Origin: a virus
Lineage: Duplodnaviria; Caudoviricetes
Length of the DNA: 27,294 nucleotides
IMG/VR virus record: IMGVR_UViG_3300028136_000027
Coordinates: 1-27,294 of that record
Strand: one strand, 5' to 3'
Shown piece after piece: positions 18,513-26,058 of the stretch. The notes beneath the pieces were generated by a model. The model searched no databases and was not told where the DNA came from. It was given only the letters and a program-made list of their open reading frames with translations. Position numbers and translations under genes: made by a program. Within the stretch, counting starts at the first letter, position 1; the number at the start of each line of letters is the position of its first letter.

Positions 18513-18660
18513 TATATAGTTATATATATATATATATAGTTATATATAATATTGATATATAGTATAACAAGTATATAACATATAACTACTATATAACACC
18601 TACTATATATAGCATATAACTATAAATAAAAACTACTATATATCAGTTAGTATATATGTG
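18513..18660. repeat. AT-rich repeat array, candidate replication origin
   Basis: (TA)n at 18521-18538, TATATAGT x3 facing ACTATATA x3, TATAAC x5. Longest non-coding stretch, at the late/early boundary. Confidence 0.6.
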
Positions 18661-18696
18661 TTAAAAACTATATTTTTAGATGTTTAGAAGTAGGCT

Positions 18697-18704
18697 TATC
18701 TTTG
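18697..18704 (+). promoter_or_regulatory. Early promoter -7 element (TATCTTTG), leaderless
   Basis: TAnnTTTG followed by 4 nt and the ATG at 18709. Confidence 0.7.
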
Positions 18705-18708
18705 GCAT

Positions 18709-18921
18709 ATGATAGAAAACATATTAGCAGAACAAACAACAGACAATCAGAAGATAGACAAGCTACTAGAATTAGATTGCAACCTATATACAAATCTTGG
18801 TAGTGATAGTACAAAGACCGAGAAGCAAGAAGTAAAGCGTATGTCAAGAAAAATATATAAAGCAATACAGGGTATTAATGAGCCTATTGGTAAGTCTTTA
18901 TTACAAGCTATGGATAAATGA
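18709..18921 (+). CDS. Hypothetical early protein (70 aa)
   Basis: Directly after the promoter, with an ATGA overlap to ninG. Confidence 0.7.
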   Translation: MIENILAEQTTDNQKIDKLLELDCNLYTNLGSDSTKTEKQEVKRMSRKIYKAIQGINEPIGKSLLQAMDK

Positions 18922-19280
18922 CTAGAAGCAAAATAGTTAAAAAGCTAGATAGTGTGTTCAGCCTATACATCCGCAATAGATTTGCAAACAATGGCAAAGC
19001 TGAATGTTTTACTTGTGGTAAAGTAGATGATGTAAGTAGATTACACGCAGGACACTTTATGAGCCGTAAACATTATGCAACTAGATGGGATACGGTAAAT
19101 GTACAAGTACAATGCCCTAAATGTAATTTATTTGGTCAAGGAGAACAGTACACCTTTGGGCTTAATTTAGACAAAGAGTACGGAGAAGGTACAGCAGAAA
19201 AGTTACAGCAAAAAGCTAGAAATTTAGTTAAATTGTCAAATGATGACCTAAATGAGTTGATTGAAAAGTTTAAAGTATAA
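18918..19280 (+). CDS. ninG: NinG/Rap-like recombination endonuclease
   Basis: 'LDSVFSLYIR', 'CFTCG', 'HAGHFMSR', 'TRWD..NVQVQCPKCN'. Confidence 0.85.
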   Translation: MTRSKIVKKLDSVFSLYIRNRFANNGKAECFTCGKVDDVSRLHAGHFMSRKHYATRWDTVNVQVQCPKCNLFGQGEQYTFGLNLDKEYGEGTAEKLQQKARNLVKLSNDDLNELIEKFKV

Positions 19281-19354
19281 CCTGCGCTTGTAGGTTAGTT
19301 TCTCTATATGTTTGTTCGAAAAGGGGTTGGTTTTATTACTAGCCCTTTTTTTTT
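19278..19354 (+). ncRNA. Candidate 3'UTR-derived antisense regulatory RNA
   Basis: 8-bp hairpin at 19278-19297, linker complementary to 23630-23643 and 23091-23102, then a terminator. Confidence 0.5.
19319..19354 (+). terminator. Intrinsic terminator after ninG
   Basis: AAAAGGGGTTGGT-TTTATT-ACTAGCCC-T9. Confidence 0.85.
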
Positions 19355-19367
19355 AAAATATTTTTTG

Positions 19368-19375
19368 TAAGTTTG
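19368..19375 (+). promoter_or_regulatory. Early promoter -7 element (TAAGTTTG), leaderless
   Basis: TAnnTTTG followed by 4 nt and the ATG at 19380, immediately after the terminator. Confidence 0.65.
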
Positions 19376-19379
19376 CCTT

Positions 19380-19511
19380 ATGACATATAATGAGGATTTA
19401 TTACGGCTAAGAGAAGCAGAAGCCGAAGCACTTCGAAAAAAAGTAGAAATGCTTGAAGCAAAAATAGAGATACTTACACAACAAATAATGACAAATGATA
19501 TATACGAGTAA
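19380..19511 (+). CDS. Small coiled-coil protein (43 aa), not in the ORF track
   Basis: MTYNEDLLRLREAEAEALRKKVEMLEAKIEILTQQIMTNDIYE. Confidence 0.65.
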   Translation: MTYNEDLLRLREAEAEALRKKVEMLEAKIEILTQQIMTNDIYE

Positions 19512-19887
19512 AGTAAATACAGTAGTAAAAGGCGAAAGTTTTAGACTACCTGACGGAGTTACTATGAATAAATACACAGTAACATTCGCTAACGGACATA
19601 ACCCTAATGTTTATTCTCCTAAGGAATTGACATTTAATGAAGGGGATGAAGTTGAGTATGATTTAGACCAAAATAAAAACAAGGCTAAAATACTTGGTAA
19701 GAAAAGTAGTGTAGCACCACCTGCTACTAAAAACAACTATTCTAATCCTAAAGATGATGTACAGAAATACATTATAAGACAAAGCAGCTTAAATAGAGCA
19801 ACTGACTTGTATGCAGGGAAAGAAATAAATACAACTGAAATAATTAATTTAGCACGCACATTTGAAAATTACGTGTTTAACGGATAA
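19495..19887 (+). CDS. Putative ssDNA-binding/annealing protein
   Basis: OB-like beta N-terminus, linker, and helical 'IIRQSSLNRA' C-terminus, in the replication module. Confidence 0.45.
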   Translation: MIYTSKVNTVVKGESFRLPDGVTMNKYTVTFANGHNPNVYSPKELTFNEGDEVEYDLDQNKNKAKILGKKSSVAPPATKNNYSNPKDDVQKYIIRQSSLNRATDLYAGKEINTTEIINLARTFENYVFNG

Positions 19888-19898
19888 AAATAAATATT

Positions 19899-20165
19899 AT
19901 GACTAAAACTTGGGTAGACGGATTGAGAATATTCGACAACAAACAGGAATGGATAGTTTGCGACATTAAAATAAATGCAGACGAGATGATAAATTGGATA
20001 AACCAAAATAGAGCAAACGTCAACGAACGTGGTTCTATTCCAATTACGATAGCTAAAAGTGAGAAAGGATTGTACTCAATGCTAAACACTTATGAAGTAC
20101 AGAAGTCAAAGGAAGTTACAACAGCACAACATTCTCCTGACCGAGAAGCAGACTTGCCTTTCTAA
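19899..20165 (+). CDS. Putative single-stranded DNA-binding protein
   Basis: Ends in the SSB-type acidic tip 'EADLPF' and precedes the helicase. Confidence 0.55.
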   Translation: MTKTWVDGLRIFDNKQEWIVCDIKINADEMINWINQNRANVNERGSIPITIAKSEKGLYSMLNTYEVQKSKEVTTAQHSPDREADLPF

Positions 20166-21076
20166 TGCTTATACAGCTAGACAATCACATAAAGAAGTTA
20201 GACGAATACCGAGCAGGAACCTTAAAAACAGGGTTAAGGCTTGGTATTCCAAGACTTGATGAACACTTTAGGTTTAAGTATGGAGATTTTAATATCATAC
20301 TAGGACACGCAAACGTAGGAAAAACATCTCTAGTCTTATACCTAATGACACTATACGCTATGAAGCACGGCATTAAATGGCTTGTGTTTAGTAGTGAGAA
20401 TGAGCCTTATTCTATTATAAGAAAAATAGTAGAATTTAGAGAAGGCAAACCAATAAACAAAATAGAGGAAACACACTACAAGGAGCAAGTAAAGTGGATT
20501 AACGAACACTTTAAATTTATTGATGGTTCAAAGCTATACACTTACAAATCATTACTTGATTTAGCACAGCACGTAAAAAAGGCTTGGGATTATCAGGGTT
20601 TTTTATTAGACCCTTACAACTCACTAAACAAAGACAAAGATGTACTAAAAGGTATATCAGGACACGAGTACGACTACCAAGCAACAAGTGAGATACGAAT
20701 ATTCTGCAAAGAGAATAATATAAGTACTTGGGTATGTACACACGCTGCTACACAAAGTTTAAGAGAGAAACACCACAAAGGAGATTTTTATGAAGGTCAT
20801 CCTATTCCACCTAGTGCAGCATCAGTTGAAGGTGGGGGTAAGTTTGTTAATAGGTGTGATAACTTTTTAGTGATACACAGATACATATACCATCCTGCTG
20901 ATTGGATGTATTCACACATTCACGTTAAAAAAATTAAGGACGTCGACACTGGTGGCAGACCAACAGCGATGTCAGACCCTATAAGACTAGAAAGCGTAAA
21001 GAACAACGTAGGCTTTAACGTAGAGGGAAAGAACCCTATACAATATCCTAAACGTGAGCAAATAGAATTACTGTGA
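20165..21076 (+). CDS. DnaB-like (SF4) replicative helicase
   Basis: Walker A GHANVGKT, 'FSSEN', Walker B-like 'FLLDPYN', 'VEGGGKFVNRCD'. Confidence 0.85.
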   Translation: MLIQLDNHIKKLDEYRAGTLKTGLRLGIPRLDEHFRFKYGDFNIILGHANVGKTSLVLYLMTLYAMKHGIKWLVFSSENEPYSIIRKIVEFREGKPINKIEETHYKEQVKWINEHFKFIDGSKLYTYKSLLDLAQHVKKAWDYQGFLLDPYNSLNKDKDVLKGISGHEYDYQATSEIRIFCKENNISTWVCTHAATQSLREKHHKGDFYEGHPIPPSAASVEGGGKFVNRCDNFLVIHRYIYHPADWMYSHIHVKKIKDVDTGGRPTAMSDPIRLESVKNNVGFNVEGKNPIQYPKREQIELL

Positions 21077-21390
21077 ATTTCAAAAATACATACAGACCTT
21101 TACCAAAAAGCCTTACTATTAAAAAGTCAGGTATAGATGGTTTAGGTTTGTTTGCTATTGATGATATTAAGGTAAGCACAGAATTAGGTATTACACATAT
21201 AGACCTTTGGGATAATTGGATAAGAACACCATTAGGGGGGTTTATAAATCATTCTACATATCCAAACTGTTATATTAAAGAAATAATTAAACAAGATAAA
21301 AAGTGTAGAGTTTTATATACTTTGCGAGATATAAATAAAAAAGAAGAACTTACAGTTTATTACAAAATAAAAGAGTATATTAACCATTAA
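21073..21390 (+). CDS. SET domain protein
   Basis: 'KKSGIDGLGLFA', 'GFINHS..PNC' and 'EELTVYY' SET signature motifs. Confidence 0.85.
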   Translation: MNFKNTYRPLPKSLTIKKSGIDGLGLFAIDDIKVSTELGITHIDLWDNWIRTPLGGFINHSTYPNCYIKEIIKQDKKCRVLYTLRDINKKEELTVYYKIKEYINH

Positions 21391-21399
21391 ACAACCACA

Positions 21400-21897
21400 T
21401 TGATAACCAAGATACTAACAAGCAAACATAATAAATGGATAAGTTATTGCCGTAGTTGGGGGTGTAATCCTGACACATCAGAGGACTTAGTGCAAGAAAT
21501 GTATTTAAAAGTATTAGTACTTATACAAAACGGTATTGATATTACATTTAAAGACGATATAAACGACTTTTATATTTATAAAACGCTTCGTAGTATGTTT
21601 TTAGATTTATGCCGTAAGGAGCAACGTACACAAGTTGTAGACCTAACAGACGATTACATAAAACACTTAATAGAAGAAAAGACAAAGGTAGAGTTAGAAG
21701 ATGAAAAGATATTTGAAGAAGCCTTTGACAAAGTAAACCAAGCACTAAATGAGATGCATTGGTACGACAAAAAGGTATTTGAACTTGTACAGGACACTAA
21801 CAATATATCTGCACTATCTAGGGAAACCAATATAGAGTACAGAAGCCTTTACAATACCTATCAGAAAGTTAAACGCAAGATAAAAGATAAGCTGTGA
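21400..21897 (+). CDS. Phage ECF-like sigma-70 factor
   Basis: Region 2 'SEDLVQEMYLKV...LRSMFLDLCRK' and region 4 HTH 'ISALSRETNIEYRSLYNT'. Confidence 0.8.
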   Translation: MITKILTSKHNKWISYCRSWGCNPDTSEDLVQEMYLKVLVLIQNGIDITFKDDINDFYIYKTLRSMFLDLCRKEQRTQVVDLTDDYIKHLIEEKTKVELEDEKIFEEAFDKVNQALNEMHWYDKKVFELVQDTNNISALSRETNIEYRSLYNTYQKVKRKIKDKL

Positions 21898-22373
21898 GCA
21901 CAAATATTTTAAATGTAACAAGCGAAAGGTATAAAATATGTTCTTCTGATGGCAATAAATTTGAAGAATTGTTTAAGAATAAAGTTTTAGAAAAAAAATT
22001 AAATTACAGCAAATCAGATAAAAAAGATGATTGGTATAACCATATTGATTGCTATGTTAATGGATATGGTGTTGACGTAAAAGGTAATAGACACATAAAT
22101 ACTATTTGGCTTGAACATACAAACGTAAACGGTAATTTAGGTTGGTTAAGAGGTAAGGCTAAATATATTGCTATGCATATTTTTGAGTTAGATTGTTTTT
22201 CTATTTATTTAAGAAAAGATTTATTAAAATATGTGAATGAAAATGTATTTGAAACTACTGAAAATAAAAATGATTATTTAAAGTTTTATACTAGAAAAAA
22301 ATGGGGTAAAAAAGATATGGTAGTAAAAGTAAGATACAATGATATAAAACATTTAGAAATAAATAAGCTATGA
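21894..22373 (+). CDS. Putative PD-(D/E)XK-type nuclease
   Basis: 'FEELF...HID...VDVKG...IWLE...GWLRGKA'. AT-rich and flanked by a 12-nt repeat. Confidence 0.5.
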   Translation: MSTNILNVTSERYKICSSDGNKFEELFKNKVLEKKLNYSKSDKKDDWYNHIDCYVNGYGVDVKGNRHINTIWLEHTNVNGNLGWLRGKAKYIAMHIFELDCFSIYLRKDLLKYVNENVFETTENKNDYLKFYTRKKWGKKDMVVKVRYNDIKHLEINKL

Positions 22374-22495
22374 GATTAGGAGATTTAGTATATTACATAA
22401 CCAAGTACACAGGTATAAGATATGTTTACAAAAAGATATATCCTGACTGTGGGTGTGATGACCGTAGAAAGAAATGGAATGATTTAGAATTATAA
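22370..22495 (+). CDS. Small Cys-motif protein (41 aa), not in the ORF track
   Basis: MRLGDLVYYITKYTGIRYVYKKIYPDCGCDDRRKKWNDLEL, with an ATGA overlap. Confidence 0.7.
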   Translation: MRLGDLVYYITKYTGIRYVYKKIYPDCGCDDRRKKWNDLEL

Positions 22496-22496
22496 G

Positions 22497-22718
22497 ATGC
22501 CAAAAGGAAAAATGAGCCAACACCAAGTATCACAATGGCAGGTATTTCTTGCTACACTTGGAAACAAATTAACAAACGTGCAGTATAAATTTGTATGTGA
22601 GATACACGCTGATTTATTTGCACACCCTTACCACGAACCTTGTACGTGCAGCCCAAAACGCATAAAGGAATGGATAGCACAAATAACAAGGATATATGAA
22701 ACTAGACTTAATACATAG
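22497..22718 (+). CDS. Hypothetical protein with a PCTC motif
   Basis: 73 aa ORF tightly packed in the operon. Confidence 0.65.
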   Translation: MPKGKMSQHQVSQWQVFLATLGNKLTNVQYKFVCEIHADLFAHPYHEPCTCSPKRIKEWIAQITRIYETRLNT

Positions 22719-23109
22719 TTTTGAGAAAGCCCTAGTTACTGCTCTTAACCTAGACGGTTGGAGATTAGTACACACAGGGGAAACAATGCTACCATACGAT
22801 GCACAGGGTATTACTCCTAAAGGATTAAAGTGTGTTATTGAGATGAAGTTTAGAGATAAGTACTATGAAACCAAAATACTAGAGGTTGGTAAGTATAACA
22901 ATCTTATGAAGATGGATAGCGATATTCAGAAGTTTTACTTTGTAAATGACCCTAAAGGAAACTATATGTTTTGGCTAAATGACCTAAAGGATTTAAAGAA
23001 AGAAGAACTGTACTGTCCTAAAACTACAATGTGGAACACCAATAAACAAAATAAAAGTGTATATTTGTTACAAGAGAAACAAGCTATAATAACAAACATA
23101 TATGAATAA
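22696..23109 (+). CDS. Putative PD-(D/E)XK-type nuclease
   Basis: 'YDAQG...VIEMKFR...ILEVGKY' arrangement (D...ExK). Confidence 0.55.
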   Translation: MKLDLIHSFEKALVTALNLDGWRLVHTGETMLPYDAQGITPKGLKCVIEMKFRDKYYETKILEVGKYNNLMKMDSDIQKFYFVNDPKGNYMFWLNDLKDLKKEELYCPKTTMWNTNKQNKSVYLLQEKQAIITNIYE

Positions 23110-23254
23110 TAAAGATTTTATTGCTATGAGTTGGGAAGAACGCATAGACTATTTTAGAGGTGTAGGGTTAAGAACTACATTTAATATTGCTATGGATGAT
23201 GACCATCCCTTATGCATAGATGCAAACGATTACCTAGACGAGAAGAATGAATAA
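23102..23254 (+). CDS. Small hypothetical protein (50 aa), not in the ORF track
   Basis: MNNKDFIAMSWEERIDYFRGVGLRTTFNIAMDDDHPLCIDANDYLDEKNE, overlapping both neighbours. Confidence 0.6.
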   Translation: MNNKDFIAMSWEERIDYFRGVGLRTTFNIAMDDDHPLCIDANDYLDEKNE

Positions 23255-23381
23255 GAAACGAGCAAGTCAATCAGCAAGAATACAAGAACTAGAACAGCAT
23301 ATAGTTAAAATATATATGATACTAGAACAAGTAGTAGAACAGCTAAAAAACAAGGATGAACAGGGAACTACTAAAACTTAA
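23247..23381 (+). CDS. Small hypothetical protein (44 aa), not in the ORF track
   Basis: MNKKRASQSARIQELEQHIVKIYMILEQVVEQLKNKDEQGTTKT. Confidence 0.55.
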   Translation: MNKKRASQSARIQELEQHIVKIYMILEQVVEQLKNKDEQGTTKT

Positions 23382-23631
23382 ATTTCAAGGAGACTTTACA
23401 GCAGCCTCTCACATCATACAGAAGTGGTTAGAGAAAAGCCCTGACAATAAAGAACTGAAACACGTTACGGAGTATTTAACAAACTCCTATATTTATGCAA
23501 CAGCTTGTGAGATGCAAATAAAAGAAGCTAACGCAATTATAAACAGATTAAGAGAAAAGAGAGATAAGCAAAAAGAACTAGCAGACGATTACAAAGAACT
23601 ATACGAGAAACTACAAGAGAAAACATTATAA
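23356..23631 (+). CDS. Hypothetical protein with a C-terminal coiled coil
   Basis: 91 aa ORF in the operon. Confidence 0.65.
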   Translation: MNRELLKLKFQGDFTAASHIIQKWLEKSPDNKELKHVTEYLTNSYIYATACEMQIKEANAIINRLREKRDKQKELADDYKELYEKLQEKTL

Positions 23632-23645
23632 CAAACATATAGATT

Positions 23646-24416
23646 ATGATAACATTACTAAACGGAGAGAAGTGGGATAGGCAAGAGTTACTATCTAAAA
23701 TGGATGATGATAGCTTTTACTATGGGCATTTAGGTAAACACGCATTAAGTAGCAGCAGCATTAAATTGTTACAGACAAGCCCAAAAAAATATCACTACAT
23801 TACAAAGTACAGCAAGAACGAAACTTCTCCTGCTTTACGTGCAGGGCATTTATTCCACACAGCTATACTAGAGCCTGAAAAATACAGCGAGATAAAATTC
23901 ATAGACGTACAAAGTAGAAACGCTAAAAAGTTTAAGGAAGCAGTAGAGGAGTATGGCGAATGTTTTACAGCAAAAGAGAGGGGCGAAAACGAAAGGTTAA
24001 TAGATGCTTTCTTTAAGAACGAACAAGCCTTACAACTTATTACTGATTGCCAAACAGAAGTACCTGCTATTGGTAATATAGATATGATGCCATTTAGAGG
24101 CAAAGCAGATGTATTAGGTAAGCAAGGTATAGTAGATTTAAAAACTACAACCGACATACGAGCATTCCCCTATTCAGCTAAAAAATACGGTTATGATATA
24201 CAAGTGTATATATACTGCCAACTATTTAACATACCTTATACGGAGTTTACGTTTATAGCTTTAGACAAAGGCACATTAGACATAGCGATATACGACGTAT
24301 CAGAGGACTTCTATTTAGAGGGGGAACGCAAGACACTAGAAGCAATAGATAGATACAAGATGTTCTTTATAGAAGATGCAGACCTAGATAGTTACACATT
24401 AAGAGGCACACTATGA
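23646..24416 (+). CDS. RecE/exonuclease VIII-like PD-(D/E)XK nuclease
   Basis: 'LSSSSIKLL..SP', 'GHLFHTAILEP', 'RGKAD...IVDLKTT', 'YGYDIQVYIY'. Confidence 0.85.
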   Translation: MITLLNGEKWDRQELLSKMDDDSFYYGHLGKHALSSSSIKLLQTSPKKYHYITKYSKNETSPALRAGHLFHTAILEPEKYSEIKFIDVQSRNAKKFKEAVEEYGECFTAKERGENERLIDAFFKNEQALQLITDCQTEVPAIGNIDMMPFRGKADVLGKQGIVDLKTTTDIRAFPYSAKKYGYDIQVYIYCQLFNIPYTEFTFIALDKGTLDIAIYDVSEDFYLEGERKTLEAIDRYKMFFIEDADLDSYTLRGTL

Positions 24417-24547
24417 AACGATTTATAAGCGATATGGAAACCATACAACTAGCCATCAAGCTAGGAGATTATGAAGATGCTTTAGAAATGCTACAAGAGG
24501 TTAAAGAAGAAATGATTATATTAGACGCATTGAATTATGATAAATAA
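24413..24547 (+). CDS. Small acidic hypothetical protein (44 aa), not in the ORF track
   Basis: MKRFISDMETIQLAIKLGDYEDALEMLQEVKEEMIILDALNYDK, with an ATGA overlap. Confidence 0.6.
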   Translation: MKRFISDMETIQLAIKLGDYEDALEMLQEVKEEMIILDALNYDK

Positions 24548-24556
24548 TAAATAGTT

Positions 24557-25261
24557 ATGTCTATTGGTGATTTAAAGCAAAATATTATTGGTGGTGGCAT
24601 TACTTTAAACGATGATGTTTTGTATTCTATTGAAAACGAAATAAAAAACAAAAATAAATATATATATATTATTACGTTATTAGATACCGAAAATAAAAAA
24701 TATACTAAAATAGGTGTTTCTAAAAATGTAAATAAGAGGTTTAATCAATTACAACAACAAATAGAATATCAAATAAACCTTTATTATAAAAAATATATAC
24801 CTAATACTTATGTAATAGAAAAGCACTTAAAAGATTTTTTAAAAAAACACAAGATAGATGAATACACTTTTGGTAAGTATAACAAAAAGAACATAAAATT
24901 ACCAAATCATACTGAATGGTTTTTAATAAATGAAGATGTAAGAAATAATATAAAAAACTTTTTAAATGATATAATTGTAGTAGACAATGGTAAACAAGAA
25001 GACGAAAATATTTATTTTACAAACGAGAAACAAGAAGTAAAAGAGAATAAAAGTTATTCAAGCGTAGTTTTAAGAAATAAAAAGAAATTCTTTAAGTTGA
25101 GTTTGTATCAGTTAAAGCAAATTAGAATACTAAAAGATTTGGTTAAAAACGATAGGGAACTTAATTTTTTAAAAGGTATGATTGACAACTTTCAGCTAAA
25201 TAGACCTATAACAGAGAAACAAAAAGATTATTTAAGATATATTTATATTAAATATTTATGA
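24557..25261 (+). CDS. GIY-YIG superfamily (T5orf172-like) nuclease
   Basis: 'YIYII...TKIGVSKNVNKRFNQLQ...IEKHLK...TEWF'. Visibly more AT-rich than its neighbours. Confidence 0.75.
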   Translation: MSIGDLKQNIIGGGITLNDDVLYSIENEIKNKNKYIYIITLLDTENKKYTKIGVSKNVNKRFNQLQQQIEYQINLYYKKYIPNTYVIEKHLKDFLKKHKIDEYTFGKYNKKNIKLPNHTEWFLINEDVRNNIKNFLNDIIVVDNGKQEDENIYFTNEKQEVKENKSYSSVVLRNKKKFFKLSLYQLKQIRILKDLVKNDRELNFLKGMIDNFQLNRPITEKQKDYLRYIYIKYL

Positions 25262-25437
25262 TGCGTAAGACAACACTAATAAAAAGTTATTCCTACTTTA
25301 AAGGCGAACTACAAAGAGCATACGAAAACACAAACGAGAAACTAATAAACTATTATACTGATGAAATACAAAAACTTCTTACTAAATACTACACAAAGAA
25401 ACAGGGAGAACATACAACACCTAAAAACTTTGATTGA
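25258..25437 (+). CDS. Small hypothetical protein (59 aa), not in the ORF track
   Basis: MMRKTTLIKSYSYFKGELQRAYENTNEKLINYYTDEIQKLLTKYYTKKQGEHTTPKNFD, with an ATGA overlap. Confidence 0.55.
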   Translation: MMRKTTLIKSYSYFKGELQRAYENTNEKLINYYTDEIQKLLTKYYTKKQGEHTTPKNFD

Positions 25438-25861
25438 GAAGCAAACAGGAAAAGACATAACAATAAACACTAGACACAGAGAAATAGTATTTGCTAGAAA
25501 GATATACTACAAGATACTTACCCTAACTACTAAAATGAGTTACAAGTCTATTGGGGATACACTAGGGCAGACACACGCAACCGTAATACATTCCCTAAAT
25601 AACTTTGATTGGGATTATAACCACAACCCTGCATTTAAAGAAGCATACGATAGAGTATACAACTTGTACACTAAAAAGGGTACTGTTGCTACTGTTGAAA
25701 CAATGCTATACGAAAACAGAGTATTAGAAGAAAAGATAGTTGAACTAAAAGGTCAGATAGACGAATTGAGAAACGAGTTAAAAGAAACACGTAGAAACAA
25801 TATAAGACCTAGAAACCAACAAGCAACTATATACAATGCTTCTGAAACAGTAATACTGTGA
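25361..25861 (+). CDS. DnaA C-terminal (domain IV)-like HTH protein; start uncertain
   Basis: 'TRHREIVFARKIYY...MSYKSIGDTLGQTHATVIHS' resembles the DnaA DNA-binding domain and is followed by a coiled coil. Confidence 0.75.
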   Translation: MKYKNFLLNTTQRNRENIQHLKTLIEKQTGKDITINTRHREIVFARKIYYKILTLTTKMSYKSIGDTLGQTHATVIHSLNNFDWDYNHNPAFKEAYDRVYNLYTKKGTVATVETMLYENRVLEEKIVELKGQIDELRNELKETRRNNIRPRNQQATIYNASETVIL

Positions 25862-25953
25862 AAAAAGCTATATACATAATAGCAATTATATGGGCTACCT
25901 TTCTAACAATAGGAGTAATAGGTGGGTTGATTAAAACAATAGTAAACTTATGA
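25858..25953 (+). CDS. Single-TM micro-protein (31 aa)
   Basis: GTGA overlap. MKKAIYIIAIIWATFLTIGVIGGLIKTIVNL. Confidence 0.55.
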   Translation: MKKAIYIIAIIWATFLTIGVIGGLIKTIVNL

Positions 25954-26042
25954 AAATAAACCACACAAAAATATTAGCTTGGATAGTAATGGGAATTATG
26001 ACAATAGCTATATGGAATAGCATATATAATTTAGTGTTTTAA
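25950..26042 (+). CDS. Single-TM micro-protein (30 aa)
   Basis: ATGA overlap. MKINHTKILAWIVMGIMTIAIWNSIYNLVF. Confidence 0.55.
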   Translation: MKINHTKILAWIVMGIMTIAIWNSIYNLVF

Positions 26043-26058
26043 AAAAGTAAACTAATTA

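Noticed and set aside
21060-21400. Flanking direct repeat around the SET gene
   Set aside because: I looked for the junction repeat seen at the two nuclease genes and found nothing convincing.
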